64,000 bases of DNA from Pyrinomonadaceae bacterium (GTDB lineage Bacteria; Acidobacteriota; Blastocatellia; Pyrinomonadales; Pyrinomonadaceae): NCBI GenBank assembly GCA_030448055.1, contig JAUJNR010000002.1:329882-393881 (forward strand), read 5' to 3'. The notes under the pieces are model-generated. The model ran no database searches. It was given only the letters and a program-made list of their open reading frames with translations, and had not been told where the DNA came from. The position numbers and the translations under genes were made by a program. Positions 18,656-27,898 of the stretch are shown here, in pieces (positions within the stretch are counted from its first letter, which is position 1; each line of letters opens with the position of its first letter).

Positions 18656-20024
18656 TTACGATAGCCAAAGTTTTTTGAAATCGCAACGGCTGAGTAACTT
18701 CAATCCGCGTTTCTCTGACCAAGAACTCATTACTGCAACTTTTGCAAAGCCTTCAATGTCTTCAAAATTAAGGTAAGCATCAGCAATCTTTTGAATATGT
18801 TCTTCTTTTAAATAAGCTGCGCTTCGTTCAAGTCTGATTTCTTCTTTAGCATCAATAAAGATAATTTTATCTTTACGTTCTTTAGGCTTTTTCTTGTGGC
18901 AAACGAGTAAACAACTTTCCATACTGCTGTTGTAAAAAAGATTTTTGCCCAAACCGATAACTGTATCAACCGCATCTTCGGCAATCATCTTTTTTCGCAT
19001 CTCGCTTTCCGAATCATGGAACAAAACGCCGTGCGGATAAAGCACAACGCAACGCCCGGATTCGGTCTTTAACGATTTGATAATATGCTGCTGAAAAGCA
19101 TAATCGGCAGTGCCTTGCGGCGGCGTTCCGTAAATGTTGCGACCGAATGGATCATTTGTAAATTTTGCTTGATTCCAACGCTTCACGCTGTAAGGCCGAT
19201 TTGCCATAATCACATCAAACTTTTTCAATTCGTCATCTTCCAAAATCTTCGGACTGTCGAGCGTATCGCCTTGCACAATCAAAAATTCGTCAACATTGTG
19301 CATAAACATATTGATCCGGCGATTGCCGAAGTGATAAGGTTTAATTCCTGTCCATAAAGTTTGACGTTTCGATATTCTTTGCCTTGTTCTTTGAGATAAA
19401 GAACGCTGTTGAGAAGTATGCCGCCCGAACCGCACGTTGGATCATAAACGCTTTCCTGCGGTTGCGGATCGGTGATAAGCGTCATCAATTTAACAACCGT
19501 CCTATTCGTATAAAATTCGGCGGCGGTATGTCCGCTGTCATCTGCAAACTTCTTAATCAGATATTCGTAACCTTCGCCCATCAAATCGTGGGGAACATTG
19601 GTGATGTTTAGATTTACCTTTGAGAAATGCTCAATTAAATCAAGCATTTTTTCATCTGACATTCGCCGTTTATTCGTCCATTGAGCATCGCCGAAAATAT
19701 CGTGCAGAAGTTCAAAATCCGCATTCTCAATCGAGCGCAAAGCATCGTGAAGATATTGCCCGACATCAACCGGTAACTTTCCGCACATCTTCCCAATGGC
19801 AACCGTCTGGAATTTGAAAACGATGGTTTTCACGAAAAGTTTGCAAAATCCAAATCCCTGCCGCTTTCATCAAGAGCCTGTTGATATTCTTCACTCCAAA
19901 CGTCGGAAATACGTTTGAAGAAAAGCAAAGGGAAAATGTATTGCTTAAAATCGGCGGCATCAATCATTCCGCGCAGAATGTTAGCCGCATCCATCAGATA
20001 TTTTTCGAGTTCTTTTTGAGTCAT
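18656..20024 (-). pseudogene. hsdM: type I restriction-modification methyltransferase HsdM, split over three frames
   Basis: N-terminal HsdM-N motif (LRGMIDAADFKQYIFPLLFFKRISDVW) at 19830..20024. AdoMet motif (VYDPTCGSGGIL) in 19279..19833. Catalytic-region motif degenerated to NRPY in 18656..19435. No hsdS or hsdR lies adjacent. Confidence 0.8.
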
Positions 20025-20152
20025 AGAAAATTAGAGTAGGAAATGTAGTGAGATTTTAAGTAATTTGTTCGTTTCACACAAGACAAACAAGTTTTGTTAA
20101 GTTTGTTTTATTTCTGATAATATTTTTTGTCTATGCTTGTTAAAGGAGTCAA

Positions 20153-20413
20153 ATGAAGATGGCAAAAAAGGAATACACAGATGAAGAAATAGAAGAATTA
20201 GACAGCTTTTTACAAAACAGATTTTATTACAGTATTTACAATGAACTAACAGACAAAGACAATAAATATTTTGAACTGTTTGAGCCTTTGGAGTTTTTAA
20301 CTTTAGTTAAAGACCAAATTATTTTTATTGAAAAATACAAAAATAAACCATTATTTGTCGCTCGGAAATTAAAAAGCCAGTCCTTTACTAACGACCAATT
20401 CTATTACTTCTAA
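20153..20413 (+). CDS. hypothetical protein in a very AT-rich segment
   Basis: An 86-codon ORF with a GGAG Shine-Dalgarno sequence upstream. Its stop TAA at 20411..20413 lies immediately before the IS630 insertions. Confidence 0.45.
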   Translation: MKMAKKEYTDEEIEELDSFLQNRFYYSIYNELTDKDNKYFELFEPLEFLTLVKDQIIFIEKYKNKPLFVARKLKSQSFTNDQFYYF

Positions 20414-20425
20414 TACAGAAATAAT

Positions 20426-20947
20426 TTAGGTTGGTGTTGTATCCAGCCAACCATAAAAGGTTAATTTTTTCACCCGTGAGCCGTCTTTCAGAAACGGCTC
20501 AATTGCTTTTATCACCGCTTCTTCAATCGCTTCGAGACTTTCAAAAACACGATTCTTTAATTCCTTTCGCAGCTCTTTGAAAAGTCGCTCGACCGGATTT
20601 AGTTCCGGCGAGTATGCCGGAAGATGTTCAATCAACAGTTCTTCTCTGACTTTCAAACGAGTGCTGCGATGCGCCGCCGCCCCGTCCGTGATTAGTCTGA
20701 CGGCTGTTTGCTCGCCGACGAAACTTGCAAATTCATCCACAAATACTTGAAAACTTTCCACCGTCATATCAGGCAAAATTAACGCAAACAATTCACCCGA
20801 ACGCGGGTTTAAAAGCTGCTGACAAATATCCGTATTCATACCCGATGATTTGCTCTCCCGAGGGGCGAACCGCTTTTGCCGTCCATCTCCGCCCCAACTC
20901 GGTGCGCGTTCCAAAGCGCATCTCATCCTGAAAATAAAACGCTTCAT
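20426..20947 (-). CDS. IS630-family transposase, DDE part
   Basis: Motifs LITDGAAAHRS and LPAYSPELNPVERLFKELR. Confidence 0.8.
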   Translation of the reverse strand: MKRFIFRMRCALERAPSWGGDGRQKRFAPRESKSSGMNTDICQQLLNPRSGELFALILPDMTVESFQVFVDEFASFVGEQTAVRLITDGAAAHRSTRLKVREELLIEHLPAYSPELNPVERLFKELRKELKNRVFESLEAIEEAVIKAIEPFLKDGSRVKKLTFYGWLDTTPT

Positions 20948-20950
20948 CGG

Positions 20951-21448
20951 TTACTCGTGTGGCAAAGTTTTTTTATATTCGAGCTGTTCTTCCAAAGAGG
21001 CTTTTTTATTGAATGGGCGCGGCACTTTTGCCTTAATTCTCAACCGGGAAAAGAGCAGTGAAATTCCACCTTGTGTGTAACTGACCGCAAACTCTTTGGT
21101 TAAAAATTGACCTGCTTCGCGCTGACTGGCAAAGCCATTTTCCGTCGAGGCTCGCTCAATGACTTTTCTTTGTTGTTCATTACTGAGCTTTGACGAGCGC
21201 GGTTTCCAATCAAGCCGCAAATACTGACTCAAACCGTTATCTCGATATTTATGCCATAAATCATAACCGTGTTTTGGCGTGATTCCGCAAATTTGACAAG
21301 CATCTTTGATTGAATCGGTTTCCTGACTTTTGAGCAATCGCAGTAATTGAACTCGTAATCTGATCCGCGCATCTTTTTCCTTCTTTTCTTGTTCTCGCAA
21401 TTGCTCAACGGTTTCAATAATAAGAGCCGGAAAATCTAATTTTCTCAT
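20951..21448 (-). CDS. IS630-family transposase, N-terminal HTH part
   Basis: A 165-aa ORF that abuts the DDE part in another frame. Confidence 0.75.
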   Translation of the reverse strand: MRKLDFPALIIETVEQLREQEKKEKDARIRLRVQLLRLLKSQETDSIKDACQICGITPKHGYDLWHKYRDNGLSQYLRLDWKPRSSKLSNEQQRKVIERASTENGFASQREAGQFLTKEFAVSYTQGGISLLFSRLRIKAKVPRPFNKKASLEEQLEYKKTLPHE

Positions 21449-21525
21449 TCGGTCAGCTTAACACACCTACCTTATTTATTTCTGTATAAGTAGTCGAGCA
21501 GAAATAGGCTATACTATTTCGCATA

Positions 21526-21915
21526 ATGGGTAAAACGAAAGTTATTCAATTGAGCGACGCGCAACGTCAGGAACTTATAGATGGTTACCGAAGCGGCAAA
21601 AGTCACGCTTTTCGACAGTGTTGTCAAATGATTTTGCTCAAAAGCGAGAAACGCACCAGCCGTGAAATCGCCCGCTTGTTGGGTTGCCATAAAATCACGG
21701 TGAACGGGTGGGTCAAGCGTTTTGAAGCCGAAGGCACTGAGGGATTAAAAATGCGTCCGGGGCGCGGAAGGCGGGCAATTCTGAGCGCGGCAACCGATTT
21801 GAATCGTGTGCGGGCGGCGGTGATTCGTTCCCGTCAGCGCATCGGTCTGGCGCGCACCGAACTCGAAGCCGAGCTGCAAAACCCCTTTTCGACCCCGACG
21901 CTCAAAAGATTTTGA
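21526..21915 (+). CDS. IS630-family transposase, HTH part
   Basis: Similar to 37338..37757 (MGKTKVIQLSDAQRQELIDGYRSGKSHAFRQCCQMILLKSE versus MGRFLKITLDEIKRAELENGYRNGDSHTFRRHCQMVLLKAE). Confidence 0.8.
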   Translation: MGKTKVIQLSDAQRQELIDGYRSGKSHAFRQCCQMILLKSEKRTSREIARLLGCHKITVNGWVKRFEAEGTEGLKMRPGRGRRAILSAATDLNRVRAAVIRSRQRIGLARTELEAELQNPFSTPTLKRF

Positions 21916-21952
21916 AAAAAACCATTGCCGCTTCAAACGAATTAGAAAGCGA

Positions 21953-22558
21953 TTGAAAAAGAAACCGCCGGCAGGGGTTTATCGGCTAAAGCGTGAGCTG
22001 TTGGGCGAAATGGAGCGGTTAAGCGAAAGCGGCGAGATTGATTTGTATTACGGCGACGAAGCGGGTGTCGCCTTGGAGCCGAACGTGCCGTATGGTTGGC
22101 AGTTTGGTGACGAAGAAGTTTCGATGCCGTCTGAGAAAGGCACAGGCATCAATTGTTTCGGGTTGTTGACACGCTCGAATAAAAGTTGGATGGCGACGAG
22201 CGAAGAGAAGATAGATGCCGCTTTTGTGGTCGAACAACTAGAACGGTTTTCGTTTTCGCTTTCAAAATTGACAGTTGTCGTTTTGGACAATGCGCGGATT
22301 CACACGGGCAAAAAGATGCGTGAACGGATCGGGGCGTGGCAAGGGCGCGGATTGTTCATCTTTTATCTGCCAACATATTCACCGCATTTGAACATTGCGG
22401 AAACACTCTGGCGCAAATTGAAATACGAAGGGTTGGCGGCGGAAGATTATGAGTCGAAAGCGCATTTGCAATATGCGGTTAGCCTTGCCCTTTCGACATT
22501 TGGAAAAAGCCTGCAAATCAGGTTTTCAGGCTTCAAACATAGTTCAGTTTATTTGTGA
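21953..22558 (+). CDS. IS630-family transposase, DDE part
   Basis: Motifs YYGDEAGV, VVLDNARIH and LPTYSPHLNIAETLWRKLKYE. Confidence 0.85.
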   Translation: MKKKPPAGVYRLKRELLGEMERLSESGEIDLYYGDEAGVALEPNVPYGWQFGDEEVSMPSEKGTGINCFGLLTRSNKSWMATSEEKIDAAFVVEQLERFSFSLSKLTVVVLDNARIHTGKKMRERIGAWQGRGLFIFYLPTYSPHLNIAETLWRKLKYEGLAAEDYESKAHLQYAVSLALSTFGKSLQIRFSGFKHSSVYL

Positions 22559-23160
22559 ACGACTACTTATAATTGCCTACTTAGCTATTTTAACAACAAA
22601 AGAACAAATGATGAACAAATACATATTTGTTACCGTGAAATTATTAAACTTCGAAATAGTCATCATATTGAGGATGAAGAGAGTTTCAATCTAAAAGGAG
22701 ATTTCGATTTTATCTTAGAACATGTTGAAACCTTATATTCCTACGAAGAAAAAATTTCCTACTTACTTAATGAAAAAACCAAATATGAGCAAAATAATTT
22801 CTTATCAAAAAATTCTATAAGAGTGATGTTAATTGCACAATGCGAAGCAGAGATAAAAAAGTGGAAAGAAATAGCAAAGTTGCAAGCAGAAGAAAATACT
22901 TCCAACACTACACAGGATAAATCAAGCTCTGATATACAAAAGCGAGAAGATACAACTCTTGACCGTGTTGTGTTGGCAATGAATTATCTTTTTAAAAGAA
23001 TTAAACATCGAAAAAAAAGTGTCTAAAAAAAAAGAATTTATTCACTTTATTACACGATACAGTCCGAACACTATTAAAAATAGACTTGAAAATCTTCATG
23101 AAAAAGAAGACCTAAAACCTGATAAATACAAAGAAGATTTACAGATTACTAGAAGCTATC

Positions 23161-23571
23161 TCAAAAATAGTTTCTCAACAAAATAACGATACAAGCCAGA
23201 TGAACAAAGCCTAAGTAATTGTCCGAATGATATTCGTAGCGAACCACAATCCGACGAAAGTTACCCAGCCACGCAAAGAGGCGTTCAATTTTCCACCTGC
23301 GTTTGTAACGGCGAAGTTTTCTGCCGTCCTGCGTTTGCGCCTTTTTGCGGTTGGCTTTATGCGGCGCAATCAGTTCAATATCGAGTTTCGCCAACTCCGC
23401 ATCGAGCGGGTCAGAGTCATATGCTTTATCGCCAATCATCTTTTCGGGTCGCTCATCGGTGAACCGCTCGCAAACAGTTTCTCGGGCAAGTTTGACTTCG
23501 TGCGGCGAAGCAGAGCAAGTGTGGACGCCGAGAGGAAGACCAAAGCGGTCTGCCACTGCCATGAGCTTCAT
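23161..23571 (-). CDS. IS5-family transposase, DDE part
   Basis: Motifs [31 protein letters not shown]. Confidence 0.85.
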   Translation of the reverse strand: MKLMAVADRFGLPLGVHTCSASPHEVKLARETVCERFTDERPEKMIGDKAYDSDPLDAELAKLDIELIAPHKANRKKAQTQDGRKLRRYKRRWKIERLFAWLGNFRRIVVRYEYHSDNYLGFVHLACIVILLRNYF

Positions 23572-23942
23572 ACCTTTGCCCCGCTTGGTCTTTCCGACAC
23601 AAAAGCCCCTTTTTTAGCCGAAACAAAGGTTCCGTCAATAAAGCATTCGGATAAATCCAATTTACCGCGAGCCTGTAAGTCATCGGCAAGCGTTTCCAGC
23701 ACTTTTCGCAATCGCCCGTCTTTAACCCATTCCTGGAAACGGCGATGGCAAGTCTGGTATGGCGGAAATCTTTCGGGCAAGTCGCACCATCTGGCGCCGG
23801 AACGTAGTATCCAAAGCACTCCGTTCAAGACTTCGCGTTCAGACCTGCGCGGTCGTCCGCGGGTCACCACAACGGGCGGTTTATCAAATAACGGTTCAAT
23901 CAAAGACCATTGTTCATCGGTTAATTCTTCGCGTCGTGACAT
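23568..23942 (-). CDS. IS5-family transposase, N-terminal part
   Basis: Motif [13 protein letters not shown]...[44 protein letters not shown]. Confidence 0.85.
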   Translation of the reverse strand: MSRREELTDEQWSLIEPLFDKPPVVVTRGRPRRSEREVLNGVLWILRSGARWCDLPERFPPYQTCHRRFQEWVKDGRLRKVLETLADDLQARGKLDLSECFIDGTFVSAKKGAFVSERPSGAKV

Positions 23943-24102
23943 AGAGCGAAGTTTATCAAACTATTTTTGAGATGGCTTCTAGCAAATACTTTGTAAATCT
24001 TGGCTTAGTTAAAATTGTCGAGCAGATTAAACGTGATTTAGAATTTTAGTAAAAGTTGCAACCTTCCAACAACCCTGCAGCTTACTTTCTTAAGTTAGAT
24101 TG

Positions 24103-24147
24103 TCGTTAGTTCATCTGAGTTCTTCTCAAATGAACTGACGATTTTTT
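24103..24147 (+). terminator. rho-independent terminator after the AT-rich ORFs
   Basis: TCGTTAGTTCATCTGAG-TTCTT-CTCAAATGAACTGACGA followed by TTTTTTATTTT. Confidence 0.75.
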
Positions 24148-24180
24148 ATTTTAAGGAGATTTTCTAATGACCCCAAATTA

Positions 24181-24372
24181 TTGAAGGTAAAAGAAGTGAG
24201 CGAAATTTTAGATTTGAAACCGGCGCGGATCTACTCTTTGACACGTGAAAAAAAATTTTCATTCACCGTTAAAATTGTCGAACGCCAGTATAGATATTGC
24301 GAAGTGGGTTTGAGAAATTGGATTGAAAACGGCGGAAAGCGAGAAAGCGAGGTGAACCATGATGAAAAATAA
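24181..24372 (+). CDS. excisionase/AlpA-like helix-turn-helix protein
   Basis: VKEVSEILDLKPARIYSLTREKKF pattern. It has a non-ATG (TTG) start, so the start is uncertain. Confidence 0.55.
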   Translation: MKVKEVSEILDLKPARIYSLTREKKFSFTVKIVERQYRYCEVGLRNWIENGGKRESEVNHDEK

Positions 24373-24463
24373 AAAAGCCCTTGTTTTTAGCGAAACGATG
24401 GGCTTAGAACAATTTAACAACCAAGATAATTCTAACCCTCGTAGAATTTCGCGTCAATACTTA

Positions 24464-24992
24464 GAGCCTGTTTGGAAATTCAGAGAAGGTCAGCGGAAAT
24501 AGTTAAACTGTTTCTGCGATGAAAAGAAAAACTTATCCGATTGACCTGTCCGATGAGCAATGGAAATTGCTCTACCTGATGTTACCACCGCCCGAACGAT
24601 TCGGGCGAAAACGTCAAGTTGATTTACGCGAAATTTTCAATGCTCTTTGTTATTTAGCTCGTTCGGGTTGTCAATGGCGAATGCTGTCGAAAGAATTTCC
24701 CAAATGGCAAACTGTTTATTATTCTTCTCCCGGTGGCGCAATGCCGAATGCTTTGTTGTCATCAATGACACTTTGCGGCAAAAGATTCGACTTCGCGCAG
24801 GTCGCGCAACTGCTCCGAGTGCGGCAATCATTGATTCGCAATCGGTCAAAACCGATGAACAAGCCAACTGGCGCGGCTATGATGCAGGCAAAAAGATCAA
24901 AGGGCGAAAGCGTCATATCTGAGGCTTGGCTTTATCTTTCAATGTCAATTTTGATGCTCAAATGCTTCAAAAACTAATTTCCAAACAGGCTC
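24464..24992 (+). mobile_element. internally deleted IS5-family element (529 bp)
   Basis: 17-bp inverted repeats GAGCCTGTTTGGAAATT. A 3-bp duplication TTA at 24461..24463 and 24993..24995. It contains only a frameshifted N-terminal transposase fragment (LSDEQWKLLYLMLPP...NALCYLARSGCQWRMLSKEFPKWQTVYY). Confidence 0.85.
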
Positions 24993-25014
24993 TTAGCAAA
25001 AAGTGAGGTGAAAT

Positions 25015-26850
25015 ATGTTACCTAAACTTGCGCCAAGTGATGAAACTAAAAATAAATTAATTGCGGATGCTCTGCATTATGCTGGAGGTGGGTTGCTTGT
25101 CTTTCCGCTTCATACGGTCAAAGACGGAAAATGCACTTGCGGAAAAGCCGATTGTAGATCGCCCGCAAAACACCCGCGAACCGTTCACGGACTAAAACAA
25201 GCGAGCAAAGATTTGATTTTAGTGAGAAATCTTTTCAGCAGCTTTAATTATCATTCTGCAAACATCGCCGTTTGCACAGGCAAAGAATCAAATTTGGTTG
25301 TCGTAGATATTGATTGTGCGAAAGGCGGATGCATTGAAGACCTTTACAATTTTGTTCCGAAAGAGGTTTTAGAACAAACTTTGTGGGTAAAAACAGGCGG
25401 CGGTTTTCACCTGTATTTTATCTATCCGCCAATTGGCGAAGTTCGCAATTCGGCTGGCAGACTCGGAAAAAACATAGATGTTCGCGGCAAAGACGGTTAT
25501 GTCGTCGCGCTGCCGTCAATGCACATGTCCGGCAAGCAATACGAATTTCTCAATGATAACAACATAATGCCGTTTCCACAGGCATTTATTGAGAAATTGA
25601 ATAAGAGCGAATCACTAGCCGAAAACAATAAATCAAACGACAAAATGCCTCAAGCAGATTCAATTCTTGAGGGAAGCCGCAACACAGGCTTAACAAGTCT
25701 CGCCGGGAAGATGAGATACGACGGATTGCCCGAGACCGAATTAGAATCAGCCCTTTTGACGATCAATGCGGAAAGATGCAAACCGCCTTTAGATAAAAGC
25801 GAAGTTTTACAGATTGTTCAATCAGTTAAGCGTTACGAAATCAAAACAAAGCCGCCGCCGAGTTCTAATTTGGAAATTAACGCTGAAAACTTTCCAAGTC
25901 TTTTCAAAACTCAAGATGCAAGCAGTTGGATTGAAAACGCCAAATTGCGACCTGTGCCAAAAATACTTTTCGGCGAACTTTGGTTTGAATACGAGCTTTG
26001 CATTTTGTTTGCCGACACAGGAAAAGGTAAAAGTATTTTAGGCGTGCAGATTGCCGACGCGATAAGCAGAGGCGCGTCCATTTCAAACTTCTTGCTTGAA
26101 GCAAGAAGACAAATAGTTTTGTATTTAGATTTTGAATTGTCCGACAAACAATTTGAGGCACGTTACTCGACCAAGCAAGGTGATTATTTTACTAATCATT
26201 ACGCTTTTGACCAAAACTTTAAGCGCAGCGAAATAAACCAAAGTAGCTCTATACCCAATTACTTTAAGGATTTTGAAAGCTATTTGATTTCTTCGCTTGA
26301 GCATGAAATTGTCAAAACGGGCGCGACAGTTTTGATTGTGGACAACGTCACTTTTCTAAAAAGCGGGACCGAAACAGCGAAAGACGCTTTGCCTTTAATG
26401 AAGGAATTGATTCGGTTGAAAAAGAAATACGACCTTTCGATTTTGGTTTTGGCACACACACCGAAACGCGGTTTAACCCAACCCCTTACCGTGAATGATT
26501 TGCAGGGAAGCAAGATGCTTTCCATTTTTGCCGATTCAATTTTTGCTATTGGTGAAAGCGCGATAGACAAAAAACTGCGCTATATCAAACAAATAAAGGC
26601 GCGAAATACAGAAGTCATTTACGATGCCGAAAACGTCGCAACGTGCGAGGTTACAAAGCCCGACAACTTTTTGATGTTCGAGTTTTTGAACTTCGGCATT
26701 GAACGCGAACATTTAAAGGCTCCTAGCGAAGACAGTAAAGCGTATTTGATACAACAAGTAAAAGATTTTTCGGCTGAGGGTAAAAGTCAAAGAACAATCG
26801 CAAGGGATTTAGGATTACCATTATCAACCGTGAATCGCTACTTACAATAA
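25015..26850 (+). CDS. bifunctional primase-polymerase (Prim-Pol) with C-terminal RepA/AAA-type ATPase
   Basis: N-terminal Prim-Pol pattern (GLLVFPLH...KHPRTVHGLKQAS...VVVDIDCAKGG...GGGFHLYF). PriCT-like segment (EGSRNTGLTSLAGKM). Walker A ADTGKGKS and LVLAHTPK. Confidence 0.85.
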   Translation: MLPKLAPSDETKNKLIADALHYAGGGLLVFPLHTVKDGKCTCGKADCRSPAKHPRTVHGLKQASKDLILVRNLFSSFNYHSANIAVCTGKESNLVVVDIDCAKGGCIEDLYNFVPKEVLEQTLWVKTGGGFHLYFIYPPIGEVRNSAGRLGKNIDVRGKDGYVVALPSMHMSGKQYEFLNDNNIMPFPQAFIEKLNKSESLAENNKSNDKMPQADSILEGSRNTGLTSLAGKMRYDGLPETELESALLTINAERCKPPLDKSEVLQIVQSVKRYEIKTKPPPSSNLEINAENFPSLFKTQDASSWIENAKLRPVPKILFGELWFEYELCILFADTGKGKSILGVQIADAISRGASISNFLLEARRQIVLYLDFELSDKQFEARYSTKQGDYFTNHYAFDQNFKRSEINQSSSIPNYFKDFESYLISSLEHEIVKTGATVLIVDNVTFLKSGTETAKDALPLMKELIRLKKKYDLSILVLAHTPKRGLTQPLTVNDLQGSKMLSIFADSIFAIGESAIDKKLRYIKQIKARNTEVIYDAENVATCEVTKPDNFLMFEFLNFGIEREHLKAPSEDSKAYLIQQVKDFSAEGKSQRTIARDLGLPLSTVNRYLQ

Positions 26851-26852
26851 AT

Positions 26853-26914
26853 AGTGTTCCAAGTGTTCCACCCATTCCATCCTGAAACACTTGGAACACT
26901 TGGAACACTTTGGA
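26853..26914. repeat. iteron-like 9-mer array: 2 inverted plus 3 direct copies
   Basis: AGTGTTCCAAGTGTTCCA (26853..26870) is the exact reverse complement of TGGAACACTTGGAACACT (26892..26909). A third direct copy is CACTTTGGA. It lies between the Prim-Pol and nuclease genes. Confidence 0.9.
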
Positions 26915-26925
26915 CAGAAGATAAT

Positions 26926-27204
26926 ATGAATAAAAAAGCCAAAGGAAACCGTAACGAATATAAAACAATGCGCCTTCTCGAATCGCTTGGCTATGAGTGC
27001 ATACGTTCGGCGGCATCGCTCGGCGCGTTCGATGTTATCGGCATATCGAAATCCGATGTGGTGCTTGTCCAAGTGAAATCAAACCGCTTGCCGTCGGCAT
27101 TTGAAACGGAAAACATAAAATTGTTTGTTTGTCCGCCAAATTGTCGCAAGGTGATTCACGTTTGGTTGGATAGAAAATCATTACCAATCGTTAAAGAAGT
27201 CTGA
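26926..27204 (+). CDS. Hjc-like (archaeal Holliday-junction-resolvase-type, PD-(D/E)xK) nuclease
   Basis: The pattern KGNRNEYKTMRLLESLGYECIRSAASLGAFDVIGI...VLVQVKS matches the G..E/...G(S/A)FD.I.../.VK arrangement. I placed the start at the internal ATG at 26926, because the upstream extension is the repeat array. Confidence 0.6.
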   Translation: MNKKAKGNRNEYKTMRLLESLGYECIRSAASLGAFDVIGISKSDVVLVQVKSNRLPSAFETENIKLFVCPPNCRKVIHVWLDRKSLPIVKEV

Positions 27205-27276
27205 AAGGTAAAGCAATCCTATCGCAAATAATACTTATGTCAGACAGACTGGAAGGAATTGTTTTGCACGTCGCAG

Positions 27277-27311
27277 CAGATTAGATTTTGCCTCTGGCAA
27301 AATCTAATCTG
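27277..27311. repeat. perfect 16-bp stem hairpin/palindrome
   Basis: CAGATTAGATTTTGCC-TCT-GGCAAAATCTAATCTG. There is no adjacent T tract on either strand. Confidence 0.85.
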
Positions 27312-27439
27312 TGATGAATTCTCAAATATACGTTGCAGTGGTCAATGTTCTATCAAATCCAACATCACCGTGAACATCTGCTTATTTCGATTGCACACGG
27401 CTTCATTAAAACGTTGAAGTTCTGAATAAAATTTCAATT

Positions 27440-27634
27440 TTATTTTTGACTTTTGACTTTTGGTGGACGTCCTGTTTTTTTTCGTTCACGAACCAAGTCT
27501 AAGTCTGATTCAAGAATCATTAAAGAGTTTCCAAACTTGGTAGCTGGTAAGCGGTTTTCGGCTACTAATTGACGAACTCGACCGGCAGTAACACCTAACT
27601 TTTCTGCTACTTGTTTTGCGGTTAAGTATTCCAT
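27440..27634 (-). CDS. helix-turn-helix protein with basic GRPPK tail
   Basis: MEYLTAKQVAEKLGVTAGRVRQLVAENRLPATKFG...KKTGRPPKVK is a paralogue of 63403..63612 (SIKEVAEAKKITVGRVYQLINEGSLPAQKIG...GKPGRPPKSN). Confidence 0.7.
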   Translation of the reverse strand: MEYLTAKQVAEKLGVTAGRVRQLVAENRLPATKFGNSLMILESDLDLVRERKKTGRPPKVKSQK

Positions 27635-27763
27635 AAAAGGAATGATAAAACACATAAAGAATTAGCACAAATGCTAGTATTTTAACTTGAAATGTCCTAG
27701 CAGTTTTGTTAGTATATTCATGTAAGTTAATTACTATATTTAATCGAAAAGGAAGGAAAGAAA

Positions 27764-27898
27764 ATGTTTATTTTGAAAGACAAAATACAACTCGAAAGAG
27801 CGATTGCAAAGGCTTTGAAAATTCGTCCGCGTGTCGAGTTTGACCGCTTCGGACGTTATCGCGTTTCCAGCTCGAAAGGTTATCACACGGTTAGATGA
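27764..27898 (+). pseudogene. N-terminal fragment of a SWIM-type protein
   Basis: A 44-codon ORF ending ...FGRYRVSSSKGYHTVR-stop. It stops before the expected CxC...CxH zinc finger (compare 62852..63268). Confidence 0.4.

Larger units (their letters stand above)
20414..21486 (-). mobile_element. IS630-family element a (with flanking TA)
   Basis: TA-CAGAAATAATTTAGGTTGGTGT at the left end and the inverted ACACCTACCTTATTTATTTCTG-TA at the right end. Transposase in two frames. Confidence 0.85.
21487..22569 (+). mobile_element. IS630-family element b (with flanking TA), abutting element a
   Basis: TA-AGTAGTCGAGCAGAAATAGG at the left end and the inverted CCTATTTGTGAACGACTACT-TA-like sequence at the right end. 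Its left TA (21487..21488) directly follows the right TA of element a (21485..21486). Confidence 0.85.
23152..23979 (-). mobile_element. IS5-family element (IS427-like), 828 bp
   Basis: Inverted repeats GAAGCTATCTCAAAAATAGTTT / GAAGCCATCTCAAAAATAGTTT. TA duplicated within a CTAG target (23150..23151 and 23980..23981). Transposase in two overlapping frames. Confidence 0.85.
22571..24049 (+). pseudogene. AT-rich ORF set lacking a start, frame-shifted at A runs and split by an IS5-family element
   Basis: An open frame from 22571 to TAA at 23024..23026. The next frame is open from 23022 across the IS5 element to TAG at 24047..24049, with continuity ...QIT-S-KYFVNLG once the IS and one TA are removed. 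A8 and A9 runs lie at 23011..23018 and 23025..23033. Confidence 0.5.

Noticed and set aside
20153-23026. The idea that the 86-codon ORF continues in frame across the two IS630 insertions into the long AT-rich ORF
   Set aside because: After placing the TA duplications correctly (20414..20415/21485..21486 and 21487..21488/22568..22569), the reconstruction reads TTC TAA TAT ATA ATT. The upstream ORF therefore ends at its own stop, and the downstream open frame is in a different phase.
26854-26925. An N-terminal extension of the Hjc-like nuclease (MFQVFHPFHPETLGTLGTLWTEDN)
   Set aside because: The extension is a translation of the 9-mer repeat array. The nuclease fold pattern begins right after the internal ATG at 26926.
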